The translations under genes were made by a program, and so were the position numbers. From the NCBI GenBank assembly GCA_018394295.1, contig CP074573.1:2886543-2918542 (forward strand): a DNA stretch of 32,000 nucleotides. Direction: 5' to 3'. Within the stretch, counting starts at the first letter, position 1, and every line of letters begins with the position of its first letter. Origin of the DNA: Mycoplasmatota bacterium. GTDB lineage: Bacteria > Bacillota_I > Bacilli_A > Haloplasmatales > Haloplasmataceae. The notes beneath the pieces are model-generated. The model searched no databases, had not been told where the DNA came from, and saw only the letters and a program-made list of their open reading frames with translations. Below are positions 20,504 to 31,251 of this stretch, one piece after another.

Positions 20504-21736
20504 TTACATGCTATTATTATATTCATCTTCTTCATCATTAATTTTCTTATTCTCATAAATATTTTTAATTATTTCTTCATTAGTAATAAAGAACTCTAAT
20601 ATTTCCTTACCAAATATTTCTTTGGCTTCATTAGATTTGAAATAGGCTAGAATCTGATCATGACTTAATTGATGAATATATGGCTTATCATTTCTTAAAT
20701 GTTCATATAAAAAGATAATACCTAAAATTTGAGTTTCAATAGACATATCAGGGTTCATAAATAATAAATCGTAATTTTTTATATCATTTATTTGATTTCT
20801 TTTTGAATTTTTATAAGTTATAGATAAAACTAAACTAATTAATTTAGTTAATTTATAGGTAGACATTTCTTCAAAATGACTTATTTCTTTTTTTAATTGG
20901 TAACTTCCTAAGCTTTTACCTAGTATTTTATGAGGGCTTCGATGTTTTTGTAAATTTAAATATCGTTCAATTTTTTCTTTTAAATCTTCTTTAATATAAA
21001 ATGATTCATTGATTAAATCCACATAATTAAATAATCTTTCTTTTGTTTCATCATTTACATATTGATCAGTATATGTGATTAATTCTTGATTTTTACCTAA
21101 TAGATCAAAAATTGTTTTATGATACTTTAATTCAACTTCTTTTTGAATATCTAATTGATCATATAAATCATCAATTTCTTTTTCATTATAAAAAGCTCTA
21201 GCTGCTTGTACTAATAAAATAAGTACTAAAATACTTTCATATAAATAAGGTGTTAAATTATTAATTAAATAATTTGCGTTATTATAATTAACTATCGCTT
21301 CATCATATTTAAAATTAATAATTGTACCAAAAACAAAAATGATTAAATAACCTAAACCTACTGCCTTTTTGTCTTTAAATACACCAATAATCGCAATACC
21401 TAAGTAAATTAACATATACGTTGCAGGATTCTGTACATTAATAAATATATTAATCATAACAACGATTGTACCAATTATGGATATGTACATTGCTAAATAT
21501 AATTGCTCATGACTATCCTTATTAATTAATATCGCATATGAAATAATTAGGTTAAGTACAAACACAGGTAAAACTAAGTTCAAAAAATTTATGAATGGCA
21601 TCCGATTAAATAATAAAATTAACGTCGCAATAAAATTTGACACAAACATCGTTAAATTTACTAAAACTATTCTTTTCTTTAATACCATCATCTGTTTTTC
21701 ATAAACTAATTCTTTATCTTCATATAAATAAGCCAA
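20504..21736 (-). CDS. membrane protein with 6 predicted TM helices and a C-terminal degenerate HD-GYP-like domain
   Basis: 410 aa, TTG start after AAGGTGG. Six hydrophobic segments, then cytoplasmic region with IETQILGIIFLYEHLRNDKPYIHQLSHDQILAYFKSNEAKEIFGKEILEFFI resembling the C-terminal half of HD-GYP domains. Confidence 0.65.
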   Translation of the reverse strand: MAYLYEDKELVYEKQMMVLKKRIVLVNLTMFVSNFIATLILLFNRMPFINFLNLVLPVFVLNLIISYAILINKDSHEQLYLAMYISIIGTIVVMINIFINVQNPATYMLIYLGIAIIGVFKDKKAVGLGYLIIFVFGTIINFKYDEAIVNYNNANYLINNLTPYLYESILVLILLVQAARAFYNEKEIDDLYDQLDIQKEVELKYHKTIFDLLGKNQELITYTDQYVNDETKERLFNYVDLINESFYIKEDLKEKIERYLNLQKHRSPHKILGKSLGSYQLKKEISHFEEMSTYKLTKLISLVLSITYKNSKRNQINDIKNYDLLFMNPDMSIETQILGIIFLYEHLRNDKPYIHQLSHDQILAYFKSNEAKEIFGKEILEFFITNEEIIKNIYENKKINDEEDEYNNSM

Positions 21737-21757
21737 AATAACACCACCTTACATTTA

Positions 21758-22465
21758 TTATAATGGTTTGTTTTTAATTTGACTATAGTTTCGGGGATAT
21801 TTATTAGGAGTTTTATGTTTTTTTGTAAAGATTAGGATGTTTCGTGAACCTCCATTTAATGGAAGAGAAAACTCATGAACTGCTTTTAGTTCACACCCTA
21901 AAGTTTTTATTGCATTTTTAGCTTCTTGCAACTCCTCATGACCTGTCTGCCCCTTCATTGCAATAAATTTACCATTCTCTCTTACTAGTGGAACACATAA
22001 TTCTGAAAGAATATTAAGTCTAGCTACAGCCCTTCCGGTTACAATATCATAACTTTCTCTATTGTTGACAGAAAATTCTTCTGCCCGACTATGAACCATG
22101 TTGACTTCATTTAAATCAAGTTTTTTGATTAAATGATTCAAAAACTGAATTCGTTTCCCCAAAGAATCAACAATTGTTATTTTTAAATCAGGTCTTACTA
22201 TTTTTAATGGTATACTTGGGAACCCAGCTCCTGCACCGACATCACATAATTTAAAATTTTCTTCTATAGAACAATAAAACAATAATGATAATGAATCATA
22301 AAAATGTTTTAAATACACCTCATCCTTATCTGTAATTGAGGTTAAATTCATTTTTTGATTATACTCAACTAATATTTCATAATATTGTTTGAATAAAGAA
22401 AGTTGTTTCTCATCGATTTCAACATTATGTTTCTTTAAATCCTGAATAAATTCTTTTTCATTCAT
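21758..22465 (-). CDS. rsmG: 16S rRNA (guanine527-N7)-methyltransferase
   Basis: [42 protein letters not shown] at 22465 with AAGGAG SD; overlaps the end of mnmG. Confidence 0.96.
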   Translation of the reverse strand: MNEKEFIQDLKKHNVEIDEKQLSLFKQYYEILVEYNQKMNLTSITDKDEVYLKHFYDSLSLLFYCSIEENFKLCDVGAGAGFPSIPLKIVRPDLKITIVDSLGKRIQFLNHLIKKLDLNEVNMVHSRAEEFSVNNRESYDIVTGRAVARLNILSELCVPLVRENGKFIAMKGQTGHEELQEAKNAIKTLGCELKAVHEFSLPLNGGSRNILIFTKKHKTPNKYPRNYSQIKNKPL

Positions 22466-24347
22466 CAATGTTCTCCTTACTTCTTCGGTTATAGGTCTCT
22501 AAATAAACCATTAAAATTGAGATGTCACTTGGATTTACACCTGAAATTCTTTGTGCTTGTCCTATCGTAAGCGGTCGAATTTTATTTAATTTTTGTTTTG
22601 CTTCTATAGCTAAGTTTGGTATTTTATGATAATCAATCAATTGTGGTATGATTCTTTGTTCTAATTTATTCATTTTTTCAACTTGTGCTGACATCTTGCG
22701 AATATAACCAGCATATTTGACTTGTATTTCTATTTGTTGGATTTCTTCTTTCGAAAGGGTTGAACGTTCATTTAACAACGACATAAGATGTTGATATTTA
22801 ATCTCTGGTCGTTTTAATAAATTCAATGGTGTAATCCCATCTTTTAAAGGTGCTGAATTAATACCAATTAAATAATCATTTACTACTTGTGTTGGATTAA
22901 TTTTTAAACTATCTAGTCGTTTTTTTTCTGTTTCAATATGTGTTAATTTTTGTTTGAATTTTAAATATCTGTTTTCATCAATTAGACCCATTTGATATCC
23001 ATACTCACGTAAACGTATATCAGCATTATCATGTCTCAAAAGTAATCGATACTCAGCACGAGAAGTCAATAAACGATATGGCTCATGCGTTCCTTTAGTA
23101 ACAAGGTCATCAATCATTACACCAATATATGCTTCATTTCGTTTTAAAACAAATGGTTCTTTCCCTTGAATTTTTAATGTGGCATTGATTCCAGCCATAA
23201 TACCTTGTCCTGCAGCTTCTTCATACCCACTTGTTCCATTGACTTGACCAGCAAAATAAAACCCTTTGATCAATTTTGATTCTAATGTAGGCCATAATTG
23301 TGTTGGATCGATTGCGTCATACTCAATTGCATAAGCATAACGAACAATCTTACAATTTTCTAACCCTGGAATTGTGTGTATCATTTCATCTTGAACTTCT
23401 TTAGGCAAACTTGTTGAAAATCCTTGAACATATATTTCTGGAATGTGCAAACTTTCTGGTTCTAGAAAGATTTGATGACGTGGTTTATCATTAAAACGTA
23501 CGATTTTATCTTCAATTGAAGGACAATAACGTGGTCCTTTACTTTCAATTTTTTCAATCGCACCATACATTGATGATTTATTAAGATTACTTAAAATAAT
23601 TTCATGTGTATCTAAATTTGTATAAGTTAAATAACAAGGTACTTGGGCTTCAAGTGGTTTATAATCAGTCGTATCAAAACTAAATGCATGGTATTCCATA
23701 TCACCTGGTTGTATTTCTGTTTTTTCATAATTAACACTATCAATAGCGACTCTTGGAGGGGTTCCAGTCTTCAATCTCATTGTTTTAAAGCCCAATCTTC
23801 TTAAGTTATCTGACAACCCAAGTGATGGTTTTTCATCATCTGGACCACTTGACCAAATTTCACTACTAAGCATAATTTTTGACTGCATATAGGTACCTGC
23901 GGTAAGAATTACTGCTTTTGCGAGATACTTCTTATTATTTTCTAATACAATTCCTTTTATAACATTATCCTCAACAATCAAATCATCTACCATATCTTCT
24001 AATATCGTTAAATTTTCTTGATTTAGCAATGTTTCTTGCATGTTTTTAGGGTAATCTACTTTGTCAGCTTGAGCTCTTAATGCTTGTACACCCGGACCTT
24101 TTCCTGTATTTAGTAGACGCATTTGAATATGTGACTTATCTGTATTTCTTCCCATTTCGCCACCTAAAGCATCAATTTCTCTTACAACAATCCCTTTTGC
24201 AGGACCTCCTATTGAAGGATTACATGGCATATGAGCAATTTTAGATATGTTACCTGTGATTAATAAGGTCTTTAACCCCATTCTAGCTGGGGCTAGGGAT
24301 GCTTCACATCCAGCATGACCGCCACCTATTACGATGATATCATACAT
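22458..24347 (-). CDS. mnmG: tRNA uridine-5-carboxymethylaminomethyl modification enzyme MnmG (GidA)
   Basis: From [24 protein letters not shown]; [35 protein letters not shown]. Confidence 0.98.
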   Translation of the reverse strand: MYDIIVIGGGHAGCEASLAPARMGLKTLLITGNISKIAHMPCNPSIGGPAKGIVVREIDALGGEMGRNTDKSHIQMRLLNTGKGPGVQALRAQADKVDYPKNMQETLLNQENLTILEDMVDDLIVEDNVIKGIVLENNKKYLAKAVILTAGTYMQSKIMLSSEIWSSGPDDEKPSLGLSDNLRRLGFKTMRLKTGTPPRVAIDSVNYEKTEIQPGDMEYHAFSFDTTDYKPLEAQVPCYLTYTNLDTHEIILSNLNKSSMYGAIEKIESKGPRYCPSIEDKIVRFNDKPRHQIFLEPESLHIPEIYVQGFSTSLPKEVQDEMIHTIPGLENCKIVRYAYAIEYDAIDPTQLWPTLESKLIKGFYFAGQVNGTSGYEEAAGQGIMAGINATLKIQGKEPFVLKRNEAYIGVMIDDLVTKGTHEPYRLLTSRAEYRLLLRHDNADIRLREYGYQMGLIDENRYLKFKQKLTHIETEKKRLDSLKINPTQVVNDYLIGINSAPLKDGITPLNLLKRPEIKYQHLMSLLNERSTLSKEEIQQIEIQVKYAGYIRKMSAQVEKMNKLEQRIIPQLIDYHKIPNLAIEAKQKLNKIRPLTIGQAQRISGVNPSDISILMVYLETYNRRSKENIDE

Positions 24348-24581
24348 AAACTCATGTTCCTCCTTTATAATATTAAACTTATTTATTATCATATAATATT
24401 ATTTTACCATAATTGGTATTTTTATATCACCATTTCCAACATTTAATTATTCTAACACGATTTAGTTTTATTGTAAAATAATTACTACATTAAAAACATA
24501 AATTTTATATTGAATTTACTCACTATTTTTATATTATTCTCAACTAATGTATTATCATTAATTAAAATTCAGTTAAAGAAA

Positions 24582-24606
24582 AAAACCGCAAAGTATGCGG
24601 TTTTAA
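24582..24606 (-). terminator. intrinsic terminator at the 3' end of asnS
   Basis: AAAACCGCA-(AAGTA)-TGCGGTTTT hairpin with a minus-strand T-run immediately after; overlaps the asnS stop. Confidence 0.8.
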
Positions 24607-25994
24607 AATTCACAATTATTCGGAGTTCTTGGAAATGGAATGACATCACGAATATTTTCAATACCTGTTAGATACATTAACATACGTTCAAATCCTAAAC
24701 CATAACCTGCATGCTTAACACCACCATATTTACGTAAGTCTAAATACCAATCTAGTTCTGCTTTAGGAATCCCAATTTCATCCATTCGTTTTACTAGTAC
24801 ATCATATCGTTCTTCACGTTGAGACCCGCCAATTAGTTCTCCTACACCTGGAACTAAAAGATCACATGCAGCCACTGTTTTTAAATCATCATTTAAACGC
24901 ATATAAAAAGCCTTAATATCTTTTGGATAATTTACAATAAATACAGGGGCTTTAAAATATTCATCAGTTAAATAACGCTCATGCTCACTTGCTAAATCTA
25001 TTCCCCATTTTACTTCATTTTCAAAATTTATCTTTGCTTTTTTTAGAATTTCGATAGCTTCTGTATATTCACAACGATGGAACTTGCTTTTTAATAATGT
25101 ATTCAAACGATTTAATAATCCTTTTTGAACAAATTGATTAAAAAACTTCATTTCTTCAGGTGCTTTCTCTAAAACATATTGAATAATATATTTTACCATA
25201 TCTTCTGCTAGGTTCATATCATCATCTAAATCTGCAAACGCAATTTCTGGTTCTATCATCCAGAATTCAGCTGCATGCTTATAAGTATTAGAATTTTCAG
25301 CTCGGAAGGTAGGACCAAATGTATAAACATCTCTAAAAGCCAAAGCAAATGCTTCTGCCTCTAATTGTCCTGTTACCGTTAAATTTGTAGATTTTCCAAA
25401 GAAATCTTGTTTAAAATCTACTTCTTTATTTTCATCAAGAGGGAGTTGTTTCATATCTAAATTCGTTACAGCAAATGTTTCTCCTGCTCCTTCAGCATCA
25501 GATGCTGTAATTAATGGAGAGTGCATATAGATAAAACCTTTATCTTGAAAGAAAGTATGAATTGCATGAGCAGTGATAGATCGCACTCTAAAAACTGCAC
25601 TAAACAGATTCGTACGTGGTCTTAAATGAGCTACTTCTCTTAAAAACTCTTTTGAATGGCGTTTAGGCTGAATCGGATAATCTTCTAAACTATCTCCTTC
25701 TAAGAATACTTTCGTTGCTTTAATTTCAAATGGTTGTTTAGCTTGTGGGGTTAGAACAATTTGTCCTATTACTTTTACCGCAGCTCCCACACGGAATTTT
25801 TGGATATCTTTAAAGTTTTCTAAAGATTGTTCATATACAATTTGAACAGTTTCAAAGAAGGTTCCATCATTCACCATTAAAAATCCAAATTGTTTTTGAG
25901 CTCTGTTGTTTCTTATCCATCCTGATAATTCAATCGTTGAATCTTGATATTTTTCAATATCTCGATGTAACTGTCTTACGACTATTTGTTTCAT
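24603..25994 (-). CDS. asnS: asparaginyl-tRNA synthetase
   Basis: 463 aa; class II motifs [48 protein letters not shown]. Confidence 0.96.
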   Translation of the reverse strand: MKQIVVRQLHRDIEKYQDSTIELSGWIRNNRAQKQFGFLMVNDGTFFETVQIVYEQSLENFKDIQKFRVGAAVKVIGQIVLTPQAKQPFEIKATKVFLEGDSLEDYPIQPKRHSKEFLREVAHLRPRTNLFSAVFRVRSITAHAIHTFFQDKGFIYMHSPLITASDAEGAGETFAVTNLDMKQLPLDENKEVDFKQDFFGKSTNLTVTGQLEAEAFALAFRDVYTFGPTFRAENSNTYKHAAEFWMIEPEIAFADLDDDMNLAEDMVKYIIQYVLEKAPEEMKFFNQFVQKGLLNRLNTLLKSKFHRCEYTEAIEILKKAKINFENEVKWGIDLASEHERYLTDEYFKAPVFIVNYPKDIKAFYMRLNDDLKTVAACDLLVPGVGELIGGSQREERYDVLVKRMDEIGIPKAELDWYLDLRKYGGVKHAGYGLGFERMLMYLTGIENIRDVIPFPRTPNNCEF

Positions 25995-27231
25995 TTTCTT
26001 CCTCCTCGTTTAATTTAGTATATGATAACTCATCAAGCTTAACTTCAATATCTGCTTTAGATATCGAGTCAAAATGTTTTTCTATTTTATGAGATGTTGT
26101 ATGTAAATCTTTAACGTTTTTTGAAACTTGATCTATGCTTCTTGAAAGTTTATCCCATCTATCCTTATATCTTTTAAACTCTGTACCTAATTTATTCAAT
26201 TCTTCATGAATAATCGCTGAATATTTATCACGTTCAATATTTTGTAGAATCACTTGGACTGTTGTTAATAGAAACATTAATGTTGTGGGAGATGCAATCC
26301 ATACATGCGCTTTTTGTGAATAGTTAATTAAATCTGAATGATAGGCATTAATTTCAGCAAATATTGCTTCAGCTGGAATAAACATGATCGCTGAATCTGA
26401 TGTTTCATTATAAATAATATATTTATTTTTAATATCATCAATATGTTTTTTTACATCTTGTTTAAATCTTTTTTTATTCTCATTTTTTTCTTCTAGACTC
26501 AAATTATTATCCATCATTTTTTTATAATTTTCTAGAGGGAATTTTGAGTCAATACATATATTTCCGAGTGGTTCTGGTGTATATAGAATAGCATCGGTAA
26601 TTTTACCATTACTTAATTTTTTTTGTAATTCATAAACTTTAGAATTATGCTCCCCAAATGTTGAAATTAATATTTGTTTTAATTGTATTTCCCCAAAAGT
26701 TCCTCTTGATTTTTTATCTGTTAATACTTCTTGTAAGGAAATAATATTCGTGGAAAGACTCTCAATTTTTCTTTGGGCTTCATCTATTTTACTAATTCGT
26801 TCTAAAATATTATTGAAGGTTTTTGTCGTCTTTTCAAACCCTTCATTTAATCTTAACTCAACTTTATTATTAATTTGATCTAAACTATCTGAAATATTAC
26901 GATTTAAATTTTCAAATAATTGATACATTTCTTTTTGTAGTTGATCTTTAAATCCATATAAATCAGTGTTCATCTTATTATGTAATGATAAAAATTCTTT
27001 AATAGTTTGTTCATTATATCTATTTATATTTATCACTATATTTTCTCTTAAATTTGAAAAATCTTCAGATAATGATTTTTGAATATTCAAAAACTGTGTT
27101 TGTTGATGAAATTTAAAATCATTCATCTCTTTTATAAATTGCTCATCATTTTCTTTTATCAAAAAGAATTTTATGACAATATAAAGATTTAATAAACAAA
27201 GAAAGCTTAATAAGCTAATTACGATAATCAT
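25954..27231 (-). CDS. rmuC: DNA recombination protein RmuC
   Basis: N-terminal TM helix, coiled coil, then [47 protein letters not shown] typical of RmuC. Start at 27231 with GGGAG SD; overlaps asnS start by 41 nt. Confidence 0.93.
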   Translation of the reverse strand: MIIVISLLSFLCLLNLYIVIKFFLIKENDEQFIKEMNDFKFHQQTQFLNIQKSLSEDFSNLRENIVININRYNEQTIKEFLSLHNKMNTDLYGFKDQLQKEMYQLFENLNRNISDSLDQINNKVELRLNEGFEKTTKTFNNILERISKIDEAQRKIESLSTNIISLQEVLTDKKSRGTFGEIQLKQILISTFGEHNSKVYELQKKLSNGKITDAILYTPEPLGNICIDSKFPLENYKKMMDNNLSLEEKNENKKRFKQDVKKHIDDIKNKYIIYNETSDSAIMFIPAEAIFAEINAYHSDLINYSQKAHVWIASPTTLMFLLTTVQVILQNIERDKYSAIIHEELNKLGTEFKRYKDRWDKLSRSIDQVSKNVKDLHTTSHKIEKHFDSISKADIEVKLDELSYTKLNEEEENETNSRKTVTSRY

Positions 27232-27312
27232 ATCAACTCCCAAAACATCACCACCTTTTAATTTTATACTTACTATCAAAACCGGATAAATAGTCTAGTT
27301 ATGATATTATGA

Positions 27313-27562
27313 AAAACAAAAAAACAGCCAATCGTGTAAGGGACGAATGACTGTTATCCGCGGTACCACCCTGTTTGTCTTATAGACCTCTTAGGTATTC
27401 CTTTTTAACGGTAGGACTTCCGTCTTATTCTACTCTTAAAAAATTTCGATAAGAAACTCCGAGGTGTTCTTCTCTTTTAAATCTGTAATCGGCTCTCATC
27501 ATCCCGACTTTGCTGTATCGACCATTAAAAGATACTCTCCTCATCAATGCTATTTAATATAT
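27313..27562 (-). promoter_or_regulatory. T-box riboswitch leader, Asn (AAC) specifier
   Basis: T-box motif CAGGGTGGTACCGCGG at 27358-27373; Stem I base GAGG/CCTC and TCTTTTAA/TTAAAAGA enclosing specifier AAC (27468-27466) followed by A; terminator ACAGTCATTCGT/ACGATTGGCTGT (27324-27354) plus TTTTTTT. Confidence 0.93.
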
Positions 27563-27568
27563 AGATAA

Positions 27569-27597
27569 TATATACACTATTTTTTTTGAAATGTCAA
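27569..27597 (-). promoter_or_regulatory. sigma-A type promoter for the T-box/rmuC/asnS transcript
   Basis: TTGACA (27597-27592), 17-nt spacer, TATATA (27574-27569). Confidence 0.8.
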
Positions 27598-27650
27598 CCA
27601 TTTACTTAAATTGTTTGTTCTATTATTTCTTTTACTAGTTAATACATCGT

Positions 27651-29009
27651 CTATTTACCTAAACAAAACTTACTAAATAATTCATTAATCAAACTATCCC
27701 CTACTTCTTCTCCTAATATTTCACCTAAATAAACCCATGCTTCTTTTACATCAATTTCAATCATATCAACTGGCATTTCATCATCAATTGATTGTAGTGC
27801 ATCAACTAACGATTTTCGAGCATTTTTTAATTTCGCAATATGTCTACTATTTGATAAATAAGTCATATCTTTATTCTTAATATCACCTAATTCAAATAAT
27901 TTAATTATTTCTTTTTCAATTAACCTAATTCCTTTATCATTTAACATCGATGTTTCAATATAATGATTTAATTTACTCTTATCAATTTTAGAAACTAAAT
28001 CAACTTTATTTATAATAATAATTCTTTTTTTATGTTTTGTTAATTGTAGTAAATCAATATCATCTTCTGTTAGACTTTCACTATTATTTAACACTAATAG
28101 TATTAATTCTGCTTCATAAATTACTTTACGCGTTCTTTCTACACCAATAGCCTCAACGATATCTTTTGTTTCTCTAACACCCGCAGTATCAATTAAGTTT
28201 AATGTAATACCACCAATATTTATATATCCCTCTATTAAATCTCGAGTAGTTCCAGCAACTTCTGTCACAATGGCTTTTTCTTCTCGCATTAATTTGTTTA
28301 ATAAACTTGATTTACCAACATTAGGTCTTCCAACAATGACTGTTTTAATTCCATCACGAATTATTTTTCCAGTTTTAGCAATATCTAAAATATCATTCAT
28401 TTCAGTAATGACTTGATTTATTTTTGGTTTTAAAATTTGATTAGAAACAACAACCGCATCATCATATTCTGGATAATCAATATTTACTTCAATATTTGCG
28501 ATAACTGTTAATATTTCTTCTCGCAATTTTTTTATTAAATCAGATACTTGACCATCTAAACCATTAACAGCAATATTCAAAGATTCTTCAGTTTTTGCGT
28601 TAATTAAATCCATCACAGATTCTGCTTGTGCTAAATCAATTCTTTTATTTAAAAATGCTCTTTTAGTAAATTCTCCTGGTTCTGCTAACCTAGTTCCCTG
28701 TGTCAATAATATTTCAAGTATTTTATTTGTGACAAATACACCTCCATGACAATTAATTTCAACAATATCTTCTGTTGTATATGTTCTTGGAGCTTTCATC
28801 ACAGATACTAAAACTTCATCAATAACAGATTGATCTTCGGGGTTGATAATATGTCCATAATTTATCGTATGAGATTTTACTGTACATAAATTCTTACCCT
28901 TATATACCTGATTGACAATTTCTATTGCTTGTTTACCACTTAACCTAATAATTGATATAGCACCCTCTCCTAAAGCAGTTGATATCGCAATAATTGTATC
29001 ATCAAACAT
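27651..29009 (-). CDS. mnmE: tRNA modification GTPase MnmE (TrmE)
   Basis: 452 aa; VIVGRPNVGKSSLLN, DTAGVRETKD, C-terminal FCLGK. Confidence 0.97.
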   Translation of the reverse strand: MFDDTIIAISTALGEGAISIIRLSGKQAIEIVNQVYKGKNLCTVKSHTINYGHIINPEDQSVIDEVLVSVMKAPRTYTTEDIVEINCHGGVFVTNKILEILLTQGTRLAEPGEFTKRAFLNKRIDLAQAESVMDLINAKTEESLNIAVNGLDGQVSDLIKKLREEILTVIANIEVNIDYPEYDDAVVVSNQILKPKINQVITEMNDILDIAKTGKIIRDGIKTVIVGRPNVGKSSLLNKLMREEKAIVTEVAGTTRDLIEGYINIGGITLNLIDTAGVRETKDIVEAIGVERTRKVIYEAELILLVLNNSESLTEDDIDLLQLTKHKKRIIIINKVDLVSKIDKSKLNHYIETSMLNDKGIRLIEKEIIKLFELGDIKNKDMTYLSNSRHIAKLKNARKSLVDALQSIDDEMPVDMIEIDVKEAWVYLGEILGEEVGDSLINELFSKFCLGK

Positions 29010-29066
29010 TATTTCACCTTCTTTTTTTTATAGTATCGTGTATTTTTATTGATTTTATTTAAAAAT

Positions 29067-29094
29067 AAAACTGCATCATCTTAGATGCAGTTTT
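29067..29094 (-). terminator. intrinsic terminator downstream of jag
   Basis: AAAACTGCATC-ATCTTA-GATGCAGTTTT (11-bp arms), followed by TATTTTT on the minus strand. Confidence 0.8.
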
Positions 29095-29097
29095 TAA

Positions 29098-29712
29098 TTA
29101 TCTTCTTTTAGGTTTAATTATTAAAGAACGATGTGGTTCTTCTCCAACTGATTCAGTATATACATCTCGCCACTCTGATAATTTTGTATGAATGATTCTC
29201 CGTTCATACGAATTCATCGGATCTAATTTAACTTCAATTTTAGTTCTTGCAACTTCTTTAGCAACTTTTGTTGCGATAATTTCTAACTGCATTTTACGTT
29301 TTTGTTTATAGCCGCCAACATCTACAACAGATATAATTCTTTCATCAGAATATCGACTAATCACATGTCTAGTAACGAATTGAAGTGCATCGATTGTACT
29401 ACCTTCTCGTCCAATAAGTAATGGATTATTATCACTATAAATATTATACTTTACTTGATTTTTATTAGTTATCATTTCGATTTTTGCATCTATACCCATC
29501 TCTTTGATAACTTCTTTTAGGTACTTAAGTCCTTCTTCAGTTGGATTTACATTAAGAGAAACTGAAGCAGTAATTGAAGATCCTATTCCAAAAAAGCCTT
29601 TTTTCTCATTAGTAACATCAATTATCAATTTTTCTTCAGGTACTTTAAAGATTTCAATCGCTTTATTTTTAACTTCCTCGATATTTTTACCTTCAATTAT
29701 CTTTTTTCTCAT
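29098..29712 (-). CDS. jag: Jag/KhpB RNA-binding protein (Jag-N, KH, R3H)
   Basis: 204 aa; KKGFFGIGS, LIGREGSTIDALQFVTRHVI, VDVGGYKQKRKMQLEIIATKVAKEV, EPHRSLIIKPKR. Confidence 0.93.
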   Translation of the reverse strand: MRKKIIEGKNIEEVKNKAIEIFKVPEEKLIIDVTNEKKGFFGIGSSITASVSLNVNPTEEGLKYLKEVIKEMGIDAKIEMITNKNQVKYNIYSDNNPLLIGREGSTIDALQFVTRHVISRYSDERIISVVDVGGYKQKRKMQLEIIATKVAKEVARTKIEVKLDPMNSYERRIIHTKLSEWRDVYTESVGEEPHRSLIIKPKRR

Positions 29713-29748
29713 TATTTGTACCCCACTTTCTTAATGGTTTATTTAAAA

Positions 29749-30606
29749 TTATTTTTTATTAGATTTCGAAGATTTAACTTCTGTATATTTCGCTTCTATT
29801 ACATCATTATCTTTATTTTTTTTAAATGGTTTTTTAACCAAAATTATTTGTAATGTTGAGTAAATGTTACCTACAATCCAATAGACTGATAGTGCTGATG
29901 CTTGAGAAAAAGAAAATACAAACATCATACCAGGCATTAACCACATCATCATCTTCATCGTAGGATTACTTTTAGCTTCAGCTGTTAATCCATACATTGA
30001 GATAAATTGAAGTAAGACAGCTGAGGTTGCAACTAATATTGGTAAAAAATAGAATGGACCTGGTTTTGATAAATCAAGACCCAAGAAACTTAATCTACTT
30101 GCTGTATAACCAAATGTTACAGGAACTTTAACAACGGCATTATACATTGCCAAGAATATTGGCATTTGTAAAAATGGCATGACACAACCTGCAAGCATAT
30201 TAACATTATTATCTTTATAAAGTTTCATCATTTCAATTTGTTGTTTATTACGAGACTCTGGATCTGTTTTACCAGCATATTTTTCATTAAGTTTTTTGAT
30301 TTCTGGTTGAATAGCTTGCATTTTAAGAGATGTATCATTAGACTTAGTATAAATTGGGAATAAAATCGTTCTAACAATAATTGTTGTTAATAGTATTGCA
30401 AGGGCAAAAGATCCTGTATTATCTGTTATAAAGTCTAATAACCAAGCAATTGGTTGAACAAAAACTCGATCCCAAAAATAATCATAATTTAAAGGGTAAA
30501 TCTCTTTCATATTTTTACCTTTATATACTTTTGCACATCCTGATAAATTAATTATCATCATGAAAGAAAAAGAAAGTAATAGGATTCTAGTAAATAACTT
30601 CTTCAT
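29749..30606 (-). CDS. yidC: membrane protein insertase YidC/OxaA (lipoprotein form)
   Basis: 285 aa; lipobox-like LSGC, IILRTILFPIYTKSNDTSLKMQAIQPEIKKLNEKY, LPGMMFVFSFSQASALSVYWIVGNIYST. Confidence 0.95.
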   Translation of the reverse strand: MKKLFTRILLLSFSFMMIINLSGCAKVYKGKNMKEIYPLNYDYFWDRVFVQPIAWLLDFITDNTGSFALAILLTTIIVRTILFPIYTKSNDTSLKMQAIQPEIKKLNEKYAGKTDPESRNKQQIEMMKLYKDNNVNMLAGCVMPFLQMPIFLAMYNAVVKVPVTFGYTASRLSFLGLDLSKPGPFYFLPILVATSAVLLQFISMYGLTAEAKSNPTMKMMMWLMPGMMFVFSFSQASALSVYWIVGNIYSTLQIILVKKPFKKNKDNDVIEAKYTEVKSSKSNKK

Positions 30607-30616
30607 ATATTAAACC

Positions 30617-30973
30617 TCACTCTTTAATTAATTTCGATTTACTAAACACATTTAATAATTGCTTTTGTATTTCTAAATATTTTAGATTATTGACACTAGG
30701 TCTAACTATTATCAATATATCATAATTTTCAATAATTTCACTCTTTTTTTGATAAATTATGTCTTTTATTTGTCTTTTTATTTTATTTCGAACAACAGCA
30801 TTGCCGATTTTTTTTCCTATCGACACAACAAAACGGAAGTGTTCCATATTATTTTGTTTTTTATAAACAATAAAATACTTATTTGCAACTGATCTCTTAT
30901 CTAGAATAATCTTATGTATATAATAATTTTTCTTAATGATATACTTTTTTTTCATTCGTTTCACCAATTTCAC
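30617..30973 (-). CDS. rnpA: ribonuclease P protein component
   Basis: RFVVSIGKKIGNAVVRNKIKRQIKDII is the RnpA signature. The listed start is GTG; an ATG at codon 7 (MKKKYIIKKN) is an alternative. Confidence 0.93.
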   Translation of the reverse strand: MKLVKRMKKKYIIKKNYYIHKIILDKRSVANKYFIVYKKQNNMEHFRFVVSIGKKIGNAVVRNKIKRQIKDIIYQKKSEIIENYDILIIVRPSVNNLKYLEIQKQLLNVFSKSKLIKE

Positions 30974-30989
30974 GGTTGACGATTATCAA

Positions 30990-31020
30990 AAAGACCACTG
31001 TTTTAGTTTCAGTGGTCTTT
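30990..31020 (-). terminator. terminator-like hairpin between rpmH and rnpA
   Basis: AAAGACCACTG-(9 nt)-CAGTGGTCTTT perfect 11-bp stem, followed by TT on the minus strand; overlaps the rpmH stop. Confidence 0.65.
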
Positions 31021-31152
31021 ATACTGCTAATCGTTCTCTACCTTTACTACGACGTCTTGCTAAAACTTTACGTCCGCCGTGTGTGGCCATACGAGCACGG
31101 AAACCATGAGTTTTACTACGTTTACGTTTATTTGGTTGATAAGTTCTTTTCA
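31019..31152 (-). CDS. rpmH: ribosomal protein L34 with apparent -1 nt frameshift at the start
   Basis: In-frame translation ...[43 protein letters not shown]. The ATG at 31152 (SD GGAGG, 9-nt spacing) is one frame off this reading. Confidence 0.9.
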
Positions 31153-31187
31153 TGATTATACACCTCCGATATAAGAACATATGCTAA

Positions 31188-31220
31188 TAAATTATACTGA
31201 ATATTTATTAAATTGTCAAC
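31188..31220 (-). promoter_or_regulatory. consensus sigma-A promoter upstream of rpmH
   Basis: Minus strand TTGACA - ATTTAATAAATATTCAG (17 nt) - TATAAT. Coordinates approximate to a few nt. Confidence 0.8.
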
Positions 31221-31251
31221 CTTTTATTTGCCTTATATTAATGTTTTCCAA

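Noticed and set aside
29504-29734. 76 aa + strand ORF
   Set aside because: Antisense to jag.
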